Of a DNA stretch of 64,000 bases, positions 1 to 8,352 are shown one piece after another (the first letter of the stretch is position 1; the number at the start of each line of letters is the position of its first letter). The stretch comes from a virus. Both the position numbers and the translations under genes were made by a program. The stretch is from positions 2,454 to 66,453 of the IMG/VR virus record IMGVR_UViG_3300031688_000009; one strand, given 5' to 3'. Under the pieces are notes generated by a model that was given only the letters and a program-made list of their open reading frames with translations, searched no databases and was not told the DNA's origin.

Positions 1-160
1 CAAAATTGGTAACGTATTCCATTACTGATTTTTTTGGTGAATAAACAACTGTAAGTGTAAAATCCTTAATGGTTTGTTTCCTTAAAGATTCGATTGCAGT
101 CTCGAAATGAGATTTGATGTCTTTATTTACATCGTGAATTGGTAGTATTATATTAATCAT
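1..160 (-). CDS. Glycosyltransferase family 2, N-terminal fragment (runs off the window edge)
   Basis: Not in the ORF track. Manual translation from ATG 160 gives MINIILPIHDVNKDIKSHFETAIESLRKQTIKDFTLTVV, matching the GT2 start pattern (IIxP ... IESLxxQTxxDF). Overlaps the stop of the upstream GT. Confidence 0.7.
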   Translation of the reverse strand, partial: MINIILPIHDVNKDIKSHFETAIESLRKQTIKDFTLTVVYSPKKSVMEYVTNF

Positions 161-1217
161 TTTCTTGTGTTTCTAATTCGTTAAATTTATTAACAGTAAA
201 TTCTAACTGTGTTTTTCTTTCTTCTCTGATTGAGTTGAAGACGCCTAATACGTCATTGGTGAAGTTCTTAACCGAAAACTCATCGACTGTAGTACTCATT
301 TCGTCGTACATTTCAGACGGGATTCTATCTTCTAACCAACCCCTGAATACCGCAGAAACTAAATCAACAATCTGATTTGAGTCTGTAGTCCATATTCCGT
401 TATCCTCTGTCATCCACTCAGGTTTAAGTGATGGTACTTTACCAATTACTGGAACCCCTGACTTCATAGACTCTAACGGGAATGTACCGAAACCTGATAA
501 ATCGTCCACCCATACAGATAAACATGATTCTCTAAGTGCGATGGCGAACTCCTCTTGTGTTAGACCTCTCATATCCCTAAATGTAACCCACTTATATTGT
601 GGATATTTAACATAAAAAGACTTGATTATCTTCATCGTGTCTCTTTGGTCTCTAGTGTGAATCGCAATGATAGGTTTCTGAGGTTTTTCACTTTTAGTGA
701 AAACTTCGTCAATCGAAGGTCGAATAACATCAACCGAAGTCTTTTTAAACGTATCCGTGATGAATTGTTTTTGTTCCGTACTTGTGGTAATGACTTTGTT
801 GAACCCAAACCCACCCCAAGTCGCACCTGGTTTAAGAGTTTCGAAGATATAGTCATATGACTGACATAACACTACCTTATTACATGGCATATCCGCCAAT
901 TGTTCCATTACGTGGGCGAATAACTCAGGTATGATAATTAAATCGTCAGGTCTTACCTCTAAATTACCTTCTTCGATAGATACCACAGGTATGTCATCGT
1001 ATTCTGTCGGTAACCATGAAGTCACACCACCATACGCCTTTTCCTCGACGATAATACTAGCGTTATACTCATTTTCGTTTAATACTCTCACTATGTCGTA
1101 AGAATATTTTATGGATGCCTTCGCATTCCCTTTTGTGTCTTGTACGAATACGTAAACGTTAGACTCTAATTTGTCTAAACGTGCGATTGCTTCGTTAATA
1201 ATTTTTACTTTATCCAT
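153..1217 (-). CDS. Glycosyltransferase, GT-B fold (GT4-like)
   Basis: C-terminal GFGTFPLESMKSGVPVIG matches the GT4 (E)xFGxxxxE(A/S)MxxGxPVI motif; N-terminal DLIIIPE. Confidence 0.8.
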   Translation of the reverse strand: MDKVKIINEAIARLDKLESNVYVFVQDTKGNAKASIKYSYDIVRVLNENEYNASIIVEEKAYGGVTSWLPTEYDDIPVVSIEEGNLEVRPDDLIIIPELFAHVMEQLADMPCNKVVLCQSYDYIFETLKPGATWGGFGFNKVITTSTEQKQFITDTFKKTSVDVIRPSIDEVFTKSEKPQKPIIAIHTRDQRDTMKIIKSFYVKYPQYKWVTFRDMRGLTQEEFAIALRESCLSVWVDDLSGFGTFPLESMKSGVPVIGKVPSLKPEWMTEDNGIWTTDSNQIVDLVSAVFRGWLEDRIPSEMYDEMSTTVDEFSVKNFTNDVLGVFNSIREERKTQLEFTVNKFNELETQEND

Positions 1218-1564
1218 TATTCTATTGTTTTTATTATTCCGTATTTTAATAGGGTATTGAAACTTAGTTTAAATGCGAATGGCATTTTATTAAAACTATA
1301 TTCCATTCCCATCGCAGAGTCTAAATCTTCACTCCCCTTTTCGTCCATAACAACCTCTAACACGTATTTTAATAATTCGTACTTAGAAATGTTTAGTCCT
1401 CCGTCTTCAATTTCGTCCACTTCTGTAGTTACCCCAGCTTCGTCCGTCACCTCAACCTTAATCGTTCGAGGTGGCATTCTCACCGCCTCATGGTACTGGT
1501 CCAAATCCATGTAATATGGGATGTCATCGACCTTTAACATAAATTCACTTAAATCTGTCATCAT
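1217..1564 (-). CDS. Hypothetical protein
   Basis: 115-aa ORF overlapping both neighbours in the operon; no motif recognised. Confidence 0.6.
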   Translation of the reverse strand: MMTDLSEFMLKVDDIPYYMDLDQYHEAVRMPPRTIKVEVTDEAGVTTEVDEIEDGGLNISKYELLKYVLEVVMDEKGSEDLDSAMGMEYSFNKMPFAFKLSFNTLLKYGIIKTIE

Positions 1565-2148
1565 AACTCTAATTCTTTTATGTTCGTTAATTTTTCCACT
1601 TCATAATCAGAAGAAAAACCTTCATTATAAAGTGTGGTTATTTTTATTGTTTTCTTACCTTCAGGTTTGCTTGACAGTACGTTAGGGTTTGATGTAATCC
1701 ATATATCACAATTTTCCCACTCCTTAATTACGTTAATGTCTCGATAGAATCTATAATTATTAACGTAACAACCGTTCTTACTTAAGAAGAATAATGATGC
1801 CGGTTTACCTTTACCGACCTCGCTAGATACTATAGTAATCTCCCAATCCTCATTGTCCTTCATCAAACCCGATAGGTCATTAAAGACTCCATTATAGACA
1901 GGCGCTGAATGTCCAAATATTTCCATAGAGAACTCAACGAACATAAAATACTTCATTTCAGCCTCACTTTGGAATTTAAAATGACTCATTAGGTCGTTAG
2001 TCGTCACAGGTAATACCATATCGTAAACGAATGGTATTTCAGGTTCCTCCTCAGGGTCTGATTCGATATAGTACTTACGATACTCCGATGCTATTTTAGC
2101 ATTGGTATCTCGAAGTACTCCAGTAATGTCAATAAACACTTTCTTCAT
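1561..2148 (-). CDS. HAD-superfamily 5'(3')-deoxyribonucleotidase-like protein with degenerate motif I
   Basis: N-terminal VFIDITGVLRD resembles the NT5C motif IxIDxDGVLxD, with the second Asp replaced by Thr. Confidence 0.55.
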   Translation of the reverse strand: MKKVFIDITGVLRDTNAKIASEYRKYYIESDPEEEPEIPFVYDMVLPVTTNDLMSHFKFQSEAEMKYFMFVEFSMEIFGHSAPVYNGVFNDLSGLMKDNEDWEITIVSSEVGKGKPASLFFLSKNGCYVNNYRFYRDINVIKEWENCDIWITSNPNVLSSKPEGKKTIKITTLYNEGFSSDYEVEKLTNIKELEL

Positions 2149-2152
2149 AGAA

Positions 2153-2185
2153 CAAATATATTTTTTTTAAATTAAAAGTAAACAA
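2153..2185 (-). promoter_or_regulatory. Candidate Bacteroidota-type promoter (-7 element TATATTTG)
   Basis: Reverse complement of 2153-2160 is TATATTTG, 4 nt upstream of ATG 2148; the -33 element is imperfect. Confidence 0.4.
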
Positions 2186-2193
2186 CGTAGTAT

Positions 2194-2907
2194 TTAGTCG
2201 TACCTTTTTAATATTTTAGAGATTAGTGGGTTTCTAACGATATCGCCAAGTTCAAATTCGAACACCCCTATATCGGACACGTCCTTTAACCTTTCAAATG
2301 CGTCATATAATCCTGTTTTTGTTTTATCCTTAAATCTGTCAGTTTGGTCTAAATCACCTGAAATGAAAAATTTGGATTTAAAACCGATACGAGTTAATAA
2401 CGTTTTCATTTGGTTAGGGGTTGCGTTTTGTGCTTCCTCAAATACTAAAATCGCATTATCAATATTCATACCTCTCATATATGCTAAGGCAAATACTTCG
2501 ATAAAATGTAGTTCTTTTAATTTTTCTCTATTTTCCTTACCGATTATTTTATTTAAAAGGTAATATGTTGGGAAAATATAAGGGTCCAATTTTTCTTCAA
2601 CACCTCCGGGTAAAGAACCCAACTTCTCCTCGGCCTCAACTGCGGGTCTAACTATGATTATTTTCTCATACCCATTAGTTTCGTCACATAATAACTCAAC
2701 TGCCCTCATCATTGCTATGTAGGATTTACCCACACCTGCAGGTCCGGAACATATTGTAATTTGATTTTCACCTAAGGTGTCCCAATAATTTTTTTGTGCG
2801 TCCGTTAAGAATTTCTGTTTAGGTCTTTTAATAATCGACTTAATTAGTTCTTTCTTTGTCATTCGACTTGTGGGTTTTTGGTCCTCCGTTGCTTTCTTTC
2901 TTGCCAT
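2194..2907 (-). CDS. phoH: PhoH-family ATPase
   Basis: GPAGVGKS Walker A, IVRPAVE, LGSLPG, AYMRG, EEAQN, GDLDQTD and DIVRNPL are all PhoH signature motifs. Confidence 0.95.
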   Translation of the reverse strand: MARKKATEDQKPTSRMTKKELIKSIIKRPKQKFLTDAQKNYWDTLGENQITICSGPAGVGKSYIAMMRAVELLCDETNGYEKIIIVRPAVEAEEKLGSLPGGVEEKLDPYIFPTYYLLNKIIGKENREKLKELHFIEVFALAYMRGMNIDNAILVFEEAQNATPNQMKTLLTRIGFKSKFFISGDLDQTDRFKDKTKTGLYDAFERLKDVSDIGVFEFELGDIVRNPLISKILKRYD

Positions 2908-2973
2908 ATTTAATTTTAATTATAACTTTATTTTACTAAAATATCGACGAAATACTCATAAAATCAATCGTTC

Positions 2974-3594
2974 TTACGAATTAACCCCTGTAGAGCCGAA
3001 TCCACCACTCCCTCTATCCGTCATTGACAGGTTAGTGGTTTTAGTGAGTGTTAAGGTTTTTTTTGTCAGTACTGGACATACAACTGCTTGTGCTATTCTA
3101 TCTCCGTGACTTATCGTGGTCTCATCATTAGAAAGATTAACTAATATTACTTTTACTTCTCCGGTATATCCTTGGTCCACAGTTCCTGGTGTATTTAATA
3201 CGCATAGTCCTTGTTTCGCGGCCAAACCACTACGAGGTCTTACCTGTATTTCATACCCGTTAGGGATTCCAAACTTTAATCCTGTCGGTACCATAAACCT
3301 CTCCAACGGTAGGAGTGTTAGGTCCTCATTTAGGTTAGCCCTTAAGTCAAAACCACTATCCCCCTCATAAATGTAGGTGGGGTCTTGATTCGACGATTCA
3401 TTAATGAAGGTTAGTACCAATTTCTCGGATGGGGATTCAGATAACATACCCTCAATATCCTTCGTTATTTGAGTTATTTGACTCTCAAATTCCTCATCGA
3501 AATCTTCCCCCTCTGGAACGATAAGAGAGTCCCCATACTTATCTGTAACCATCTTAGTAAGACGGTCAATATTAAAATCTACCTGTTTATTCAT
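2974..3594 (-). CDS. dut: dUTPase (trimeric type) with an acidic N-terminal extension of about 60 aa
   Basis: Motifs SGFDL, RPRSGLA, GTVDQGYTGE, DRIAQ and RGSGGFGSTG. Confidence 0.95.
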   Translation of the reverse strand: MNKQVDFNIDRLTKMVTDKYGDSLIVPEGEDFDEEFESQITQITKDIEGMLSESPSEKLVLTFINESSNQDPTYIYEGDSGFDLRANLNEDLTLLPLERFMVPTGLKFGIPNGYEIQVRPRSGLAAKQGLCVLNTPGTVDQGYTGEVKVILVNLSNDETTISHGDRIAQAVVCPVLTKKTLTLTKTTNLSMTDRGSGGFGSTGVNS

Positions 3595-4160
3595 ACGTTA
3601 CTTTCTTTTTCTTCCATTATGGCTAAATCAGTTGCTTGTTTAAGTATCTGACCTAAATTATTAGAATACCACCTATTCTGTTTATCCTCATCCGACTTAT
3701 CGTGATTTAGAATCGCCTGGCACTCTTCTTCGGTTAATTTGACCCCATTACTCATTGCGTAGTACAAACTCCTCTCTCCGACTCTCATAGACACTAAATC
3801 CTCGTCATACTCAAAGTACTTACCTAGATTTTTTACGTGCCATTCACTTTTATTCGGAACGAACAAAAAGGTCTTCCCTATCTCAGATAGGAAAGACACT
3901 TTAAGTACCGATGATACGTCCATCTGCATTTTCGTTGGGATAGACTTATTTAGGTAGACAGAATACTTAGCAACTTTAATTGCGTGGTCTAACAAACCAC
4001 CGTGAAATGCATTGTTCATGTCTTTCATTGGGGATGCTGGTGCCAAGAAAAAGTCTTGACCTAAGAACTTTAGAAGTTCTTCAGTGAAGATTGAATATTT
4101 TTTATTCGCGTCTTCAAACGTCTTCACGTTCTTCGCTAGTCTGTTCTTATCTAATTCCAT
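3591..4160 (-). CDS. HD-domain-like protein with degenerate HD dyad
   Basis: APAS...GGLLDH...(FLSEIGK in place of LLHDIGK)...GERS...AILNHD follows the layout of YhaM-like HD hydrolases. Confidence 0.55.
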   Translation of the reverse strand: MELDKNRLAKNVKTFEDANKKYSIFTEELLKFLGQDFFLAPASPMKDMNNAFHGGLLDHAIKVAKYSVYLNKSIPTKMQMDVSSVLKVSFLSEIGKTFLFVPNKSEWHVKNLGKYFEYDEDLVSMRVGERSLYYAMSNGVKLTEEECQAILNHDKSDEDKQNRWYSNNLGQILKQATDLAIMEEKESNV

Positions 4161-4163
4161 TTT

Positions 4164-4397
4164 CTATTTATAATATTGTGGTGTCATAGTACTGTTCAAG
4201 ACGTCCTCGAACATCGCCTTAGTAATTGTAAGGACTTCAGAACCTCTACTATCTTCGCTACGATATTTAGCGATGACTAACATTGCCTCTTCTACTGATT
4301 GTGCTTCTACCAAATAACGAGCTTTCTTCATTTTTGGGTTTCCCTCACCATCTAAATTTTCGGTTTCATAACCTACTGTGATTGTGTAATTTACCAT
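4164..4397 (-). CDS. DUF4494-like small protein
   Basis: VGYE..DGEG.PKMKKARYLVEAQSVEEA resembles the Bacteroidota DUF4494 repeat unit (YLVDAxSxTEA). Confidence 0.6.
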   Translation of the reverse strand: MVNYTITVGYETENLDGEGNPKMKKARYLVEAQSVEEAMLVIAKYRSEDSRGSEVLTITKAMFEDVLNSTMTPQYYK

Positions 4398-4404
4398 TTT
4401 CTTT

Positions 4405-5628
4405 TTATTTATTAATTAATTGTTTATAAAATTCTTGTCTCTTCTTAGTTGTGGTCTTAAGGTGGTACTTATCCTTAACCGTATTATATAGGTTCTCACC
4501 CATTTTAGTAATCCACTCAGGATTCTCCATTAATTTATTGAGGTGGATAAACCATTGTTTGTGGTTTTTGGACGAAGGTACTAATAATCCGTCACCCCCT
4601 TCAATAAATTCCCCATTTTTTATTGAATTGGTTAAGATATCTGAGTACGCTCCGATATCTTGAGCGATAATTGCTTTCTTATAGAAACCCGCTTCGATAA
4701 TTTTTAACTCAGACTTCATTCGATTAAAGTCATTATCTTTTAAGGGAGCTAGTGATATGTCGAATTGGGTATACCCTAATGCGTAACGATTAACAGGTTC
4801 CGTCCATATTCTTCTATATTGTTGGTCTGAATCATCGAACGGCACTTCCTTATTAAATTTAAGTAAGTGGTCCCTATATTTACCGATTACCGTCTTAAGA
4901 TTATTAGTGAATATACTTTCATATCTAAACCACGCGGTCTCCCACGGTCTTATTGGTCTAACGGTTTTCTTCCCTTGTTTTTCTTCGGTGACATTACCCC
5001 TTAAATCATAACCACATAATACCATTTGGTACTTACCCTTATATTTTGATTCCATTCGATTAATGGTACCCTCTAAGAGTTCCATGTCACTAACGTGAGA
5101 AGAACCCCCTAACCATCCGATTCTAACTTTATCAGATTTTTCTGTTTTACCTTTAAACTGGTGCTCTTCAGGGTCTATTGAATTCTCAATAACGATAACA
5201 TTATCAATACCATTATCCCTTATTTTATCCGCGAAAATAGTTGTAGTTGTTATAACATAGTCAGATGCTCGCGCCATTTCTAATTGAAACTTCGCAAACC
5301 CACCTTCTTTATATTGTTTTTGTAGTGGATGTCCCGTAGGTAGTACCCAATAATCGTCGATGTCCATTACGACTTTGGTACCCCCACTTTGGATTTCTTT
5401 AATTTTAGATAAAGTCCATTCTAAACTTTCACCCCTAACTAAGAATTTGTGGATGTGTACGATATCATACTCGTTAAATTTAACGTTCTCGATATTATCG
5501 AATAGAATGTCTACGAAGAATTCGTCCTTATAATGGTTATTTAAGTAAACGTGTGGGTCGACTGACCTGTATTTCCCCACTCCGCTTGTGTCGGAAGGTA
5601 ATACTAATACTTTAATTTTATCTGACAT
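4405..5628 (-). CDS. Glycosyltransferase, GT-B fold
   Basis: GVGKYR..P, VVMDIDDYW, RIGWLGGSSH, DISLAPL..N.FN.MKSELKIIEAG. Start moved to ATG 5628 (MSDKIKV) because ATG 5649 lies inside the promoter. Confidence 0.85.
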   Translation of the reverse strand: MSDKIKVLVLPSDTSGVGKYRSVDPHVYLNNHYKDEFFVDILFDNIENVKFNEYDIVHIHKFLVRGESLEWTLSKIKEIQSGGTKVVMDIDDYWVLPTGHPLQKQYKEGGFAKFQLEMARASDYVITTTTIFADKIRDNGIDNVIVIENSIDPEEHQFKGKTEKSDKVRIGWLGGSSHVSDMELLEGTINRMESKYKGKYQMVLCGYDLRGNVTEEKQGKKTVRPIRPWETAWFRYESIFTNNLKTVIGKYRDHLLKFNKEVPFDDSDQQYRRIWTEPVNRYALGYTQFDISLAPLKDNDFNRMKSELKIIEAGFYKKAIIAQDIGAYSDILTNSIKNGEFIEGGDGLLVPSSKNHKQWFIHLNKLMENPEWITKMGENLYNTVKDKYHLKTTTKKRQEFYKQLINK

Positions 5629-5648
5629 ATAATGATTATTTATTACCA

Positions 5649-5680
5649 TAAAGGTAAATCATTACATTCAATAAGTCAAA
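5649..5680 (-). promoter_or_regulatory. Host-type promoter TTTG-N20-TACCTTTA driving the GT/dUTPase operon
   Basis: Reverse complement reads TTTGACTTATTGAATGTAATGATTTACCTTTA; one mismatch to TAnnTTTG with correct spacing. Confidence 0.6.
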
Positions 5681-5687
5681 ATAAAGT

Positions 5688-6314
5688 CTATATCTTTCTG
5701 ACGTCAGTAAGTTTTCCGATAAACATAGAATCTCCGACTCTTATTTCTAAGTTTTCGTCGATATGTTTATTCCCCGCCATTATCTTTTGTATTTTAGAGT
5801 CGACAACGTCGTCTAATGCTTCTACAATGGTTTGTTTGATAAATGACTTTAAATCTTCGTTAAGAACTGAAGATTGTTGTGGATTTCTTTGTTCCTGTAT
5901 TGGTTGTTGTTGTGTTGGTTGTTGTGTTGGTTGTTGTGTTGGTTGTTGTGTTGGTTGTTGTGTAACCTGTTGAGCACCAGCTCCGAATTGAGATTGTTGT
6001 TTCATTTTCTTAGCTACCTCATCTATAAACCCTGACGGTAATTCGTTTCCGAAGTCCACCGTAGGTATTGGGTTTTCTAACATTAATTTCTTAATGTTTT
6101 CAGGTAATTTAGAACTATTAATTCTGTCTTCTGACATTACGTCCCCAACTGGTCTCTGATTTGGAACTGAAGATAAAGGTTCCTTAGATTCTAACGCACT
6201 ACCATCTAATTTAGAGATATCGACATTACCCGTAGTGTAAGACTTATTATCTACTTTATTCATGACTTGTCTTGCCGCTATTAATGAGTTAGTTAGTGTT
6301 TCGAATCCTTTCAT
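5688..6314 (-). CDS. Hypothetical protein with QQPT tandem repeat
   Basis: 208-aa ORF containing SKLPENIKKLMLENPI and a low-complexity (TQQP)n linker. Confidence 0.7.
   Translation of the reverse strand: MKGFETLTNSLIAARQVMNKVDNKSYTTGNVDISKLDGSALESKEPLSSVPNQRPVGDVMSEDRINSSKLPENIKKLMLENPIPTVDFGNELPSGFIDEVAKKMKQQSQFGAGAQQVTQQPTQQPTQQPTQQPTQQQPIQEQRNPQQSSVLNEDLKSFIKQTIVEALDDVVDSKIQKIMAGNKHIDENLEIRVGDSMFIGKLTDVRKI
5907..5963. repeat. 12-bp tandem repeat TTGTTGTGTTGG, about 4.75 copies
   Basis: Directly visible; encodes PTQQ repeats on the minus strand. Confidence 0.95.
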
Positions 6315-6350
6315 AATCTTGTTTTTAGTAAAAATAGTAAACTTTTTGAA

Positions 6351-6728
6351 TTAGTCAAACTTTGCAATCTCATATATTGAAGACATATGTTTGTCACCCG
6401 TAGGATTGAAGTACGGTCTTGCAGTTTCGAAGGTTTCAGTGGTTGGGGAAAGACTATTAATTTTATCTAATCTAAATAATCTCCATCCCGGTCTATTTTC
6501 AGGAGTGTCTGACGAACCCCTTACTTGCCACGCTCTAACAACTACGTTACCCGACTTAATGTGTGGTCCCATAGCGACTGCCTCTATCTCACGATAACCT
6601 TTATTAATTGTTTGGTCACCAGCATAGTAAATTGTAATCACCTTTCGATTACGAATTGAATTTGCTAGTGCGTCACGACTAACGGCTTCTTTAATTATTA
6701 TCTTTCTAAGTGAGTCTAATAGTTTCAT
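6351..6728 (-). CDS. Stand-alone WYL-domain protein
   Basis: AxRNRKVITIYY...REIEAVAMG...VRAW...GWRLFRLDKI matches the WYL pattern (RxIEP ... RxFRLDRI). Confidence 0.75.
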   Translation of the reverse strand: MKLLDSLRKIIIKEAVSRDALANSIRNRKVITIYYAGDQTINKGYREIEAVAMGPHIKSGNVVVRAWQVRGSSDTPENRPGWRLFRLDKINSLSPTTETFETARPYFNPTGDKHMSSIYEIAKFD

Positions 6729-7114
6729 TAAAAGTTTGGGTATTGGTTTCCTTCTCCGAATTCGTTAGTGTTTGTATTTTGAGACCTAGTTAGTATATCG
6801 GTTGTTCCTCCGATAGTACCATTATCACCTTTACCTTTATTATCCCCATCGGAGATAGCATTAGGATGTGAAACCCCATACGCGTTTGAAGCGTTAAACG
6901 TATTAAACGCTACGATATTTTGTCTAGTTAATATGTCGGTTTGAGAACCAACCTTATCGTCACCTCCCTTACCCTTATCATCACCATCCGAATTCGCATT
7001 TGGGTGATTTGAATTATATTCGTCAGATATGGTACCATCGTATTCGTTCGATGACATTAGAGCCGCTCTTTGAGCGTCACCTATTTGTGTTAATGTTTCG
7101 TTAGTGCTTGGCAT
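6728..7114 (-). CDS. Hypothetical protein with an internal duplication
   Basis: Two copies of YxxxHPNAxSDGDxKGKG..GxxTDILTR; late-type motif upstream. Confidence 0.7.
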   Translation of the reverse strand: MPSTNETLTQIGDAQRAALMSSNEYDGTISDEYNSNHPNANSDGDDKGKGGDDKVGSQTDILTRQNIVAFNTFNASNAYGVSHPNAISDGDNKGKGDNGTIGGTTDILTRSQNTNTNEFGEGNQYPNF

Positions 7115-7126
7115 AATTGTCTTTTA

Positions 7127-7573
7127 TTATAAATATCTATTCATTATTTTTAACGACCTTTTAATTTCTTCCGATAGTCTACTCATATCTATCTCACCGG
7201 CAATACCGTCTTTCGTGTGTGATTTTCTATATGCGTTTTTCTTACCGGGGGTAAGGTCCGCGGCTCTTCGAGCTGACTTCTTTTGTTGTTCAATTTCCTT
7301 TCGAGCTTGATTCAATGTTTCGGTTACCCATTTACTCATGACATCACCACCATTTAAGGAATAAGAGTCCACATCGACCTTAGGGTCTAATTGTTTAAAA
7401 TCAAACACTAACCTTTTAAGTTGTTGGTATGTCATGTTCTTTTCCTCGACCAGTCTACGTAATCTCTTCATACCAACACCCTTAACGTGATTCATACGTT
7501 TAAGTGTGTCATTTAAGTGACTTAATATCCTACTCGGTATTGCGAATTTCTTATGTTGTAACTGACTATTCAT
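7127..7573 (-). CDS. Hypothetical basic protein
   Basis: 148-aa ORF in a coupled operon, ending in LSEEIKRSLKIM. Confidence 0.65.
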   Translation of the reverse strand: MNSQLQHKKFAIPSRILSHLNDTLKRMNHVKGVGMKRLRRLVEEKNMTYQQLKRLVFDFKQLDPKVDVDSYSLNGGDVMSKWVTETLNQARKEIEQQKKSARRAADLTPGKKNAYRKSHTKDGIAGEIDMSRLSEEIKRSLKIMNRYL

Positions 7574-8295
7574 TAATTACTTAATTTATTCATAATGTAT
7601 TTTTTATCCTCGTCGGACAAATCCATTAAGTATTTTAATTTTCTATCTAGTATTGGATTATCATCCATCTCCTCAATTTCCACCTTAGGGTTCATAATAT
7701 CGGAAGACTTAGTTTTTGTTTTAAGTAGTTGGTCCACATACTCATCGATTTGTTTTTTTGAGATACGTTCGATAATCCTCACCTTACTTTCACTATTCGG
7801 GATATAACCCATTTTTTCCAGTCTCTCTTTAGCATCTAACTCATCAAACCCCAATTCATTTACGAAGTGAGCCAAAGCTTCCTCATAAGTTTTATTAGCG
7901 TCCATAGTATCTTCGAAACCTAATGCATCATCCATTTCGGCCTCACCCCAATATCTCCTCATATAATCCCCACTTTGAAAAGGTGGTTGTCTAGCTGACT
8001 TTGCGGTCATATTTGACGTTTTTCTAGCCGTTGTACTTACAACTCTTACGTTTTTAGGTATTTTTGATGATGGTATTGAACCGTCGAAGTCGACAATTTC
8101 TTCAATATCTGTCTCAACTGACTTTTCCGGTAACGTTTTAAAATTAGTTTCTTTAGAAAATTCACTAGCCATATCACACCATTTGGTTTTCTCCTTTTTA
8201 CTCAAAGAATCGTCATTACACTGAGCGTAGAAGTATTTTTGTTGTTTTTTAGACTCGAATTTTTCGAAAATTAAGTCCTTTATTCTTTGGTCCAT
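7573..8295 (-). CDS. Hypothetical protein (putative virion-associated)
   Basis: 240 aa, preceded by TATTTATA (8314-8321, minus strand). Confidence 0.65.
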   Translation of the reverse strand: MDQRIKDLIFEKFESKKQQKYFYAQCNDDSLSKKEKTKWCDMASEFSKETNFKTLPEKSVETDIEEIVDFDGSIPSSKIPKNVRVVSTTARKTSNMTAKSARQPPFQSGDYMRRYWGEAEMDDALGFEDTMDANKTYEEALAHFVNELGFDELDAKERLEKMGYIPNSESKVRIIERISKKQIDEYVDQLLKTKTKSSDIMNPKVEIEEMDDNPILDRKLKYLMDLSDEDKKYIMNKLSN

Positions 8296-8313
8296 AGATA
8301 AAATTTGTTTTTA

Positions 8314-8345
8314 TATAAATATCAAACAATTTTGAAGATATTTAT
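8314..8345. promoter_or_regulatory. Back-to-back divergent putative late promoters (TATTTAT on each strand)
   Basis: ATAAATATC-N13-GATATTTAT inverted pair between the divergent ORFs starting at 8295(-) and 8353(+). Confidence 0.65.
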
Positions 8346-8352
8346 TAAAGTA

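Noticed and set aside
5632-5973. Cys-rich plus-strand ORF (CCVGCCVG...) resembling a metallothionein
   Set aside because: It is the antisense reading of the PTQQ tandem repeat in the real minus-strand gene.
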